Source: Oikopleura dioica (Eukaryota > Animalia > Chordata). Taken from it: a stretch of 64,000 nucleotides of DNA. A program made the position numbers and the translations under genes. Below are positions 24,237 through 34,881 of this stretch, piece by piece (position 1 is the stretch's first letter; every line of letters begins with the position of its first letter). The stretch covers positions 9,486,001 through 9,550,000 of the forward strand of contig OU015568.1 of NCBI GenBank assembly GCA_907165135.1. Direction: 5' to 3'. The notes beneath the pieces were generated by a model. That model made no database searches, had not been told where the DNA came from, and was given only the letters and a program-made list of their open reading frames with translations.

Positions 24237-27200
24237 ATGAACCGATTAATATTGCGCTCTAGCTCTAGAATGTCGTTTCAGAGCGCCAGTGCTGTTAGAA
24301 GCCGACTTCCGACTTTTAACAAAATTCCGATCGATCTCGCTACAGAGGCCAAGCTCTTGAATTTCAATCAATTGGCTACTGTTGACTTGCGAAATGCAGT
24401 TTCAGCAGTTGCGGCGGCGAAAAATAAGAAGGTTCAAAACTTCAAGCTTTTTGAAGTGCTTGAATGCAGTTTTTCTAACATGTTTATTGTGATGTATCTG
24501 TTTCTGTTGTACTTTGTGAAGAAAACTAACCAGTCTTCTCATAAGTTTCTTGTAAAGTTTTTCTTTTTTGAGGGCTTTCTTTCAGACAGTTGGATTGTAC
24601 GAAGAAGTCCTCATCGACTGGCTCAAGAAGTTCGACGCTCATCTTTCCGACCGAACATTCTTCGTTGCGGAACGCCCAACAACTGCTGACTACGCAGTTT
24701 TCTCGGAACTAGCCGTTGCATTTTCAACCCAGTACCCAGAAGATCGCATCAAAACCGACTTCGCCAATCTGCATCGTTGGTTTCGAACAGTTCTCGTGCA
24801 GAACTCCGCCAAACTCGGATCGTTTAGATATTACACCCCACCACCAGCGGGAATGAACACGAATATCACCGCCAACGAGGTGCGAACGCAATTTCTTGAA
24901 TTTTTCAAGGAGCGTGAGCACCCTTATGTCCACTCGAGCTCGACCATCCCTCATGATGATCCTACTCTTCTCTTTGCCAACGCCGGTATGAATCAATTCA
25001 AGTCGATCTTCGTTGGAACGATTGATCCATCTTCCCCAATGGCCAAGCTCAAATCCGCTGTTAATTCTCAAAAGTGCATCCGAGCAGGAGGAAAGCACAA
25101 CGATTTGGACGATGTCGGAAAGGACTCTTACCATCATACATTTTTCGAAATGCTGGGAAGTTGGTCTTTCGGAAATTACTTCAAGAAAGAAGCAATCGCT
25201 TGGTCCTTCGAGTTGCTCAACAAAGTCTGGGGAATTCCAGCTGATCGTCTTTACGCCACTTACTTTGAAGGAAATCCCGAAGCTGGACTCGAGCCCGACA
25301 ATGAAGCCCGTGAAGAATGGCTAAAATATCTCCCTGCAGATCAGATTCTCCCTGGAAACGCGAAAGATAATTTCTGGGAAATGGGTGACACTGGCCCATG
25401 TGGCCCTTGCTCAGAGCTTCATTACGATCGAATCGGCGGACGAAACGCAGCCAGCTTGGTAAACATGGACGATCCAGATGTCCTTGAAATCTGGAACTTG
25501 GTCTTTATGCAGTACGATCGACAGCCTGACAAAAGTTTGATTCCCCTTCCCGCCAAATCAGTCGATACTGGAATGGGCCTTGAGCGAGTTGTCTCTGTTT
25601 TACAGGACAAACGCGCAAACTACGACACGGACATGTTCTCTCCATATTTTAAGAAAATCCAGGAGCTAACCGAAACCCGCGCATATACCGGTCTTTTCGG
25701 CGCGGAAGACAAAGACGGTGTCGACATGGCCTACCGAGTGCTTGCTGATCACGCTCGAACTCTTTCCATCGCTCTCGCCGACGGTGGTCGACCAGATAAC
25801 GTCGGTCGAGGCTACGTCCTCCGAAGAATTCTCAGAAGAGCAATTCGCTATGGTCACGAAAAATTGAACATGAAGGTCGATGATTTTACCGCTCTTGTCG
25901 ATGTCGTTGTTGAGTCACTCGGCGACGCTTTCCCAGAGCTCAAGAAAGATCCTGAGTCTACCAAAGAGATCCTCAAGGAAGAATGGATTCAATTCATGAA
26001 GACTCTCGATCGAGGGCAAAAAATTCTAGAGCGAAAGATCAAACAGCTCAATCTCACTGACAAGCTTCCTGGAGACGTTGCCTGGCTTCTTTATGATACC
26101 TATGGCTTCCCATTAGATTTGACCACGCTTATTGCTGAGGAACACGGACTGACTCTATCCTGTGACGAATTTGAAGAAGAACGCCAGAAAGCGATCGAAC
26201 GATCGAAGGGAGCTGGTGCTGGTGTTGATGAAAGTATCAATTTAGATGTCCATGCTCTTGCGAAGCTCCAGGACGATGGTGTTCCAACAACTGATGATTC
26301 GCCAAAGCAGAACTACGACGCAAACGAAGCTGGTGAATACTCTTTCAATTCGATCAAAGCAAAAGTTTTGGCCCTCCGATTCAACAAAGAATTCCACCAA
26401 AATTGTGACAGCTGTGAAGTAGGAATCGTCTTAGACAAGACGAATTTCTACGCTGAGCAAGGTGGTCAAATCTATGACTTGGGCTACTTTTCCCGAGAGA
26501 ATGATGATGACTTTGAGTTCAACGTCAAAAATGTACAGATTCGAGCTGGATATGTTCTTCATGTAGGAACTTTAGTTGGTAAATTGGCAGTTGGTGATGA
26601 ACTTGTTCTCAATATCGATATTGAGCGACGAGTGAACATTATGCCAAACCATACTGGAACGCACGTTCTCAACTTTGGCCTCAGATGTGTCCTTGGTGAG
26701 AAATTCTATTTATCCTCTCGATAACCTTTTATAAGGCGAGGCTGATCAGAAAGGATCTCTTGTTGCTCCCGAACGACTGAGATTCGATTTCACCGCAGGT
26801 GGAGCTCTCAAGCCAGCTCAAATCAAACAGGTCGAAGAAATCTGCAATGAAGTAATCACCCGAGGTGGAGCTGTCCACTGCCAAGTCTCTCCACTCGCTC
26901 AGTCAAAAGCTATTCAGGTCGGTACCCGTCGTTGTAATCATTTTAAATCGAATTTAGGGTCTGCGAGCTATGTTCGACGAAACTTATCCAGATCCAGTTC
27001 GGGTTGTTTCAATCGGTGTTCCAGTTAATGAACTTCTTTCGAATCCCACATCTGGTGCTGCTGACAAGACATCAGTGGAGTTCTGCGGCGGTACTCACTT
27101 GAGAGACATTTCTCATGCAAGAAAACTCATCATAACTACGGAAGAGGCCATCTCAAAGGGTATCCGACGAATGATCGCGGTCACTGGTGCTGAAGCAGAG

Positions 27201-28019
27201 AAAGCAGATCGACAGGCTCAGAGATTAGGGACGGTTGAAATTGAATTTATTTGTTACTAAAATTTTTCGGGACGCAAAGATCATTCAACTCAAAATAGAA
27301 AAGGATGTGAATGAGCTAAAGGTGGAAGTCAAAGAAGCAATTCAAGCGAAAAACACCGCGGATGCTAATCAACGTGCAATTACTCTTGGGTAAGTAATGC
27401 TCGGAAACGCTCCATTTTAAATTTGCTGCAGTTATTCATTATTTTTAGAAAAACAATGGAAGTTGCACCGATTTCTGCGTGGAAACGTGCTGAACTTGTT
27501 GATGCTGTGAAGAAGGCAAAGATGGAGATTGTTCAATATGAACAGAAGGTATGATTGTAATATTGACTAAATTCATTCTTGATTACAAATTAGGTGCAAA
27601 AAGAAAGAATCGCCAACTTAAAATCTGAAACCGAAAAGCGAATCGACGCCGGAGATGTTGCCGAGCCAGAAGTACTCCTCCTTGATGCAGGCAGCAACAA
27701 CAAAGTTCTCAATGAAATTCTCAAACTCTACGCAAAGAAATCTCCGAAGTCGCATGTGTTACTCTTCAGTGCGGATCACACCGCCAAGAAAGTCCTTTGT
27801 CTCGCTCAAACTCCCAAGGTCTTGACTATATTTATTTCTCATTCTAGCGTTTTTAAGGGCTCAACATTGAAAGCAAACGAATGGGTCGGTTCAATTAGTC
27901 CTCTTATCGATGGACGAGGTGGTGGAAAAGACGTTCAAGCGCAAGCGTCGGGTAAGAACGTTGCTGGGCTCAATGATGCCCTTGCTAAGGCAAAGGAATT
28001 TGCTGCAGCGAATCTTTAA
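24237..28019 (+). CDS. AARS1: Alanyl-tRNA synthetase with an N-terminal GST-like extension and a possible mitochondrial presequence
   Basis: [73 protein letters not shown], editing HTGTH and CGGTH, C-Ala GRGGGKD. Intron 24432-24585 links the N-terminal exon in frame. Confidence 0.95.
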
Positions 28020-28255
28020 AAGTTCAACTTGATGCTAACTAGCATGATGCTAGTTCTGTCTGTTATTATTACTGAAAACTAACTTATCTCTATGTCAAAT
28101 TACTATTGATATAGAATTTGAGGGGCAGGTGTCGAATAAATGAGAATTATCTCAAAATTGGTAAATTGCTTCTCTTATTTTAGATAAAAGAAGTAACAGT
28201 CGTGTTTACAGTTGTTTATTTGCATTTATGCACAAGACTTCTATCTTATCATATT

Positions 28256-30268
28256 TTACAAAGTTTCGGATTTATTATCTTCTTGTTTGAAAGGGTCGTC
28301 CACGGCTGCCTCAACAGATTCTTTCTCCGGAACGTCAACTTGTTTCCTCTGAGTTCTAAAATGCTCCACAATGCCAATAAGGATGAGAAATCCTCCTAGA
28401 GCAAACATCGTATATTGAAGAGAGCTTCCAATCTTCATTGGTTTTACGGAGGCCTCATAAAGCGATCGGGCAGTGTCGTCGTCAAGCTATAAATTTGTTC
28501 TTGAACTATAAATTTGCCTTTTTGCAAATACCTTCATGGTTTCGTTTGACCAGAAAATCGGCCATACAACTGCGTCTTCATTTTTGACTTGATCAAGAAT
28601 GCTAGAAAACGATCATTTCAACTACCTAGGTTTAACATCGTGCGTACCTAATTCGTTTATCCTTCTTGACCAAAAAGTTGATCTGGATCTTTTTTGAGTT
28701 GAACGTAATTGCACCAGAATTCAAGTCGTATCCGTTGAAAGAAGTATGCTCAGACTGAGAAATTTTTATTCATTGAAAATACTGGTGACTTACATTTCCC
28801 CACTCAAAAAATGGAGTTTCGTGGGGATTCATCCCTTCAATATCTTCTCTCCATCGGAGTGAGCCGCCGGAAAAGTGCGGACCTAAATTCGATGTGATTT
28901 AGTTTTTAATTTTCTTTTACCAGTGGCAACTGCAGGCGCTCCCATTTGACACTGATCCATCATGTGAAGGCCATCATACTTTTCGCACCATCCTTCAGGA
29001 AGATTTGGTGAACAGTAACATCTGTTTTCCGGTCGGCTTTTTGTGTAAAAAACATCTGGCGGGCCAAACCAAACTTCCGACGGGATCTTGTAGCCATCAC
29101 CTTCAAGATTCACTGTAACTTTTGCAGGAACCATGAAAACTGTTCTGCAAAGATCAGAGATGAAAAAATTTAGAGTGTCTTCCTTGCGAGTGTCAGTGAA
29201 AATTGATTGTCCATCTGTACCCTCGATTCTATTACAGTAATTGACTTTGTCTTCGCCGTACCAAGGCGCAAGGTCCGTTTTTCCTTCCCACTCTAGAATT
29301 TCATTCACTCGGTAAGCGCAAGTTGTTTGTCCATCTAAGCAGCTCTGTCCGTTTCCGTTTCGATTTTTGAAGTGATCCCAGCCACTTCCTGGTTCTTCGA
29401 CGGTGCCGTTCTTTGGCTGAAAGAGACCGTAGGTGAGGTTAATGAAGATATCAGAAAGATCTTCTAGGATCGGTTTGATTGGCGAGACCGGGGCTTGATC
29501 AGCTGCCCGATCGGCGAGGTTTTGGCCGAGTTGTTTGAAAATATCGTCTTCAAAGCCAAAAAGAATCTGGTCTACGGTTTTCTCGTCGTCGTATAATTTT
29601 GCTCCTGCGTTGACAAACACGTCTTCAGCGAGAATCATCAACCAATTCTCAAGGTTTTCTTCGTAGCACTCTTTTGGCGCTTGGAACCCGACACAATTCT
29701 GCTTTGAAAGCGCAAAGTTGCAGTCAGCAGTTGGTTCTGAAATACCCTTGTCGCATTCGATGATGATTTCGTTGTTTTTCCAATCTCGTTTTCGCGAGAT
29801 GTCGGTGACGATTCCATGGATGGCGTTTGCAACAATATTTGCAGTCACTGGTTTATCGTCTTTCTTACAGTCTTCACAGGAATACTCTTGGCTCCATGTA
29901 AACAATCGCGTTTGTCGGAAAGAATAATAAGTTGAATTTTCATAATCTCCATTATTCTGTTCGATTTGATCTCTTCCATAATTTTCCACGTAAGTGTAAG
30001 GCCCCTTTTGGACAAAAGAAAGTTTCTCATCCGTGCCGGCGACATATTCTGCGCCATTTTCCAGACTCCAAAAGTAGAATTCGTAGAGCACAAGAGGACT
30101 TGGATTTCGGAGATTTTCGTAAAGAATCGTTCCATTTTTCATAACATTATTTTTCTCCAGCTCCGATACTGTCACAATATCAATAAGTGGGTACATAACA
30201 GACGCTATAATTATGAAAAGCAGTCCGGTGCCGCCGAAGACTGCTCTTCGGTCACAACAGCAACCCAT
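28256..30268 (-). CDS. CD36/SCARB (class B scavenger receptor) family protein
   Basis: MGCCC + TM1, FYFWSLEN, FVQKGPYTY, GTDGQ, FFISDLCR, CYC, GPHF, KKIQINFLV, PIFWSNET and a C-terminal TM; four GT-AG introns. Confidence 0.86.
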
Positions 30269-30627
30269 TTTCTCTTTAGAATAAGTTCGCTATGGCCGGT
30301 CAAAAAAGTACTTGTTGCTCGGTCTGGGTAAATATGCAAAATGGAATTATTATTGAGAACGCATGCTTTTCGGAGTAGTGCAAATAGTCGCCGGGCGTGG
30401 TTAACTTATTATAAAATCAAAGCAAAAAGAGGCGTTGCCAAACTGTATGATTGACCTTGAAAATCAAGGTAATTTAACGTTGATTGTATTTTGTATGAAA
30501 GTTTTATTATCAGGCGCTAGATACAGGGGCAAAAAGAGACAAGAAGCGTTCTTGACTATTTTTTAAAATGAAAATTGTTACAGCGCTAAATTGTTAGCAG
30601 AGGTTTTATCAGGTAGGTTTTTTGGAC

Positions 30628-31330
30628 TCAAGCTGATGAGGTGCTTTGTTGTGCCATGATCTGAAGCACAGCGTCGTATTTTTCAAAAACATCGGTAGGG
30701 AGAGCATCGCAAGTATTGTCATCTTCCTCGTGGATGAGCTTGCAAACACTTTTAAAAGGGATGATATTTCGAAATTCAGACAGGATCCGAAAAATTTGAT
30801 CCTAAGCAGCGTGCGCTGGAAATCGTGTCTAAAGCTGCTCGAATTTCATCCCTTTCCTATTGACGACAATTCGGCGGAGCTTGGTGATTCGCCGTCTCAA
30901 TCCCTCACGTCGAATATCAAGACTTCGTCCGATATCGCCATCACATTGGATTGATTCGTCGATCAGTTGTTCCATCTTCTGGATGTTTTTGTAGCTCTAT
31001 TTGAAAGACCCGTTAGAATTGAAAATATATCTCTTACCTACGTTAATGAGGGAGCAGTTCTCGCCACTGCAGGAATTTCGAACGATGAAGGATTCTTCAC
31101 CAACTTCAGTAGAAGCCAGTTCAGGATTGCAAAGAAGAACATTTTTTCTAAAAGCGTCTCCTGTATTTTCGATTCTTCTCGTGACTAGAATTTTCATTTA
31201 GAAAATGTCAAATAGCGGGTTTTTTCAAGCTACCTTTTTCAAGTTTTCCGTACGTGCCCAACTTGCCCTCGGTGCCAATCCACTCTTCTCGCCAATCCTC
31301 AAGTCGTCGAACGTACCTGTTTGCTTTGTC
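30628..31330 (-). CDS. Possible uncharacterised multi-exon gene (coiled-coil-like segment)
   Basis: Protein-like frames MEQLIDESIQCDGDIGRSLDIRREGLRRRITKLRRIVVN and VCKLIHEEDDNTCDALPTDVFEKYDAVLQIMAQQSTSSA*, with splice-like boundaries. I could not build a single consistent exon chain. Confidence 0.3.
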
Positions 31331-32099
31331 GAGACTTGTCACTAGAAAACGGTGATTATTCTGAGAAGAAAAAGTGCTCGGATGAATATTAAACCGAAGA
31401 TCACTTGTGCTTCTTTGCTGTTTTGTTTTATACTCGAGATTTTCAAGTTGAAATTGAGGACTTTATAGAATTATTTAAAAATCAAGGAGGACTTACACAA
31501 ATCTTGAGCAGCGCTGGCAGCAATGAGAGATGCAAAAACTTTCATATTGAAGTTATAAAATTTGTCTTAAAAAGCTTGGAGAAGAGGTGCTCTGATTTTT
31601 TAAAAACCTGAATGCGGCTCCACATGCTTACTTGAGTACTTATAGTTCGGAGGGATGAAATTTGAGGAGCTTTTGAAAATCCGCCGCGAAGCTTCTTAAT
31701 TTTGAATTTGGCTCAAGGGATTGTTCGCTTCTGAACCTTACGAGGAAATGGATGAGAAACAAAGTCACTTAGCCGCGAATAAGCTTCTAATGCAGATTAA
31801 CCTTACGTAGTTAAGAAAACACTTTTGCTGGTAAGCGGATTACATTGAACAGCCAAAGTATCAGACTCGCCAATGAAATATTTTTCCCAGGCCAAAATAT
31901 CGATTATTTCAAAAGCCAAAATAACTTCCAGCGCGAATTCTGCGCTGCGTTGTCCTGGAGACAACTCCCTTGATCTTTCTTTTTTTGAACAAAAATTTCG
32001 AACGTCGCTGAGTAATTTTACAAATTCAAATATTCATCGTCAGCAAGAACTCGTGCAAAATCAATGTTTAATACTGGAGATACTCCAACTCCGGGTCAG

Positions 32100-34881
32100 A
32101 GAAGTCTTTTGAGCGAGTTATCGGCAGCAGTTGGGCAGAGGAAAGTGAAGATGGGACTGCTAGACTCAGGGGAGTTTTATTATCAAGAAATAATGCCACA
32201 AATGTCAAGATAGGAGTTCAGGACTGATTGACTAAAACTAAAAAAAGACTCGGATGATGATTATCTTGATTTTCTGAAAAAAGAGAATCCAAAAACGGCC
32301 TTGTCGACAACTAAGACGATGAAGGTCGCAAATCTGGACACTGATTCGGGCTCAGCCTCCGGGACCGAGTCGATCGCAGATGATTACTCTGACGACTCTT
32401 TTGCTACTTCGGAGAAGTCGGAAGATACCATTCAACCAAAGATCGACAGGCATCATGTTAGAATGATTTTCAATTTCTCTAAAAGGGAATTATCGTATTT
32501 TTCTTTAAAATTATTTTTTTTTGCTAACGCGACGAAAGCCCAAAATCTCTAAAATCTTCTCGATCGGCGAAATCGATTCCAGATAATGACGATAGCTCAG
32601 TCGATGATCTGCAAGCAACTTCTAAGCCCTTCTCCAAAACAGTCGAAACGAACAAATCGGCCAAAGTCGATGATTCCATCGATGAGTTACTCGCCGCTTC
32701 GAACCCGTTTCTCAAGAAAACGCCGAGAAAGGATGAAACGATTGCGGAAATCGCTGAAGAGCCGAAATCTCCAAAATCATCCAAATCCCAATCGCCTAGA
32801 AAGAGCAAAAGCTCAAGTCCACCTCTCATTTCTGCCAGAAGCAATGTGTTGTCTAATCCGGAAGCAGGAAACGAAGACAGCTCAAGAAGATCATCCCTCA
32901 AAAAATCGACATCGGATGGATTTCCCGTCCCAGCGCCAAGATCACGTGCTTCATCAGAAGCTCCTGAAACCAAAGAAGAAAAGAGCCAAGATGTCAAGGT
33001 GAGTCTCAGTTTTTTTTTAATTTCTCTTCGAACTTTTTTCGGAGCTTATTTAGACCTCTTCAATCCCTGATCCCGTCCAAGAATCTGAAAATCCGATTCC
33101 GATCGCCGAGGAAAAGAAAGAAGCTTTGAAAGAAATCTTCGCCACGGCGATCGAAAACGAAAACACCGAAGCCACAGTAACAAAGAAAAAGAGACCCGAT
33201 AGTGCATTTGGGCGACGGATGCAGAAACTCATAGGAATAGGCTAGATTTGATCCCTTGCTTTTTCTTAAAGAAAGTGTTTAGAGGAGCAGCTGAGCCACT
33301 TGAAGTCCTTGTACTTAAAGCCCTTTTTCTCCACGTTGTCTCAGGCTCTGACACTCATACAATTCTAAATAGTTTTGGCTACCGCTATACCGTTATCTTC
33401 CAAGCTACCCTGCCTCATTTGATACCCTATTGCTTGCAAAATAAGCCCTCAAATAACACCGCTTCCAAAATAAGCCAAGATAAGAGAGTAGAAGAAATGG
33501 CTCTGCGGAAGGCGCCGCAAAACTTCCTGAAAATTACACCGGACTTGGATCAACCAGAGCTTTGGAGGATTTGCAAAAATTTAAGGTACAGCCGCTTACA
33601 AGTATTTCATCAAAATTTTAGGAAAACGGGCTAAACGAGGAGCTGAATGGTGCCCGTGGTCAGCGAAAAAGTAAGTCTATCCCACCTTGAAATTAGTGGT
33701 GAAATAATCTTTCAGTGGCTTATCTCGCTTGGCTCAAGAAAAAAGAAGAGACACGTCAGAAAGAAGAAGAACGACGGAAGAAGAAAGCAAAAGAGGAGAA
33801 AGAAGAACAGGCAAAAAAGAATAAACCTAAGCCAAAAACTGTTCAAGCCGCAAAAACAATGGGTCCAGCTGCGGAAGGCTGGCTCAAGAATAAGGAACGT
33901 GGTTCAACTCATTTTTAACGAGATTTTTGAAAACTACTCGCTGAAGTCTTTGTTGAACTTTGCTCTAGGAAGAATACCTCAACGAAAAGGCTCGAAAGGA
34001 AAGAGAGAAGAAACGAAAAGAAGCGGAAGAAAAAAGGGAAGCAGAAGAGGAGAAAAAAGCTAACGAGAAGCTCGTAAAGCAATATCGAGAGCGCAAGGAA
34101 TGGTTTCACTTTGCTCAAGAAAGATTAGAGCATAAAAGATTAAGGCGATAAGCCATTCAAGTGGTAGACCTAGAATTGTCCGTTCAATAATAATCTTTCG
34201 TAATCCAGGGGACTATCAAGGACTCTCTTTGCTGAAATCAGAAAGGAAAAAGAATATCAGGAAAAGGTTCGAAAACAGCGTGAAATTGAACAAGGTAAGT
34301 TTTTTCTTGTTAACATTGCTGGAACATGTTCTTGTGACGGGATGCAGTCGTGTTCTTACAGCGAAAAGTACTACTAGAACTAGTGTATTTGAATTTATAA
34401 TGCATTGAACGTCTTTTCGCTTCAATAAATGTAACGAATTTCGCTTAAATTTTTTAACCACCGAGACTTTGTTTCATTAAAAAGATATGAATTCAATATG
34501 ATCTTTTGAAAAAATATACAAATTCCAATATTGACATGCCTTTTTAGAAAAACAACGAGAACTCGAAGAGGCAAAAATGGAGAAGAGAATTCAGTCCGCG
34601 AAAATGAAAACAGAATGGGAGAAGAAAAAACAAAAACAAATCAAGAAGCAAAAACAAGAGCAACAAGCGCTAGAAAGAGAATTAACCCAAACTCAGGTAA
34701 CTTTTAAACTTTTATATTCGTCCTAAAAAAGTGCTAGATGATCCAAAAAGACGAAAAAATCCAAAACGGTCGCCGTGCTTACGAAGAATGGCAGAGGCGG
34801 AAAAAGCTGGAAGCAAAAGAAACAAAAATGTGGACGCTTTCTTATGAAGATTTCACCGAAGAAATTCGTCCCTTTTACTAA
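32100..34881 (+). CDS. Lys/Glu-rich coiled-coil protein, MAP9/ASAP-like (start approximate)
   Basis: Acidic N-terminal DDYSDDSF, Ser/Pro-rich middle, and repeated W-containing helices AYLAWLKKKEE, AEGWLKNKE, KTEWEKKK, AYEEWQRRK; many short introns. Confidence 0.5.

Noticed and set aside
27229-27298. Possible GG-AG intron in AARS
   Set aside because: A canonical 46-nt GT-AG intron (27234-27279) also keeps the frame, so a non-canonical donor is not required.
28037-28055. Perfect 9-bp inverted repeat in the AARS 3' region
   Set aside because: Short, 1-nt loop, and expected by chance in AT-rich DNA at this scale; no other support.
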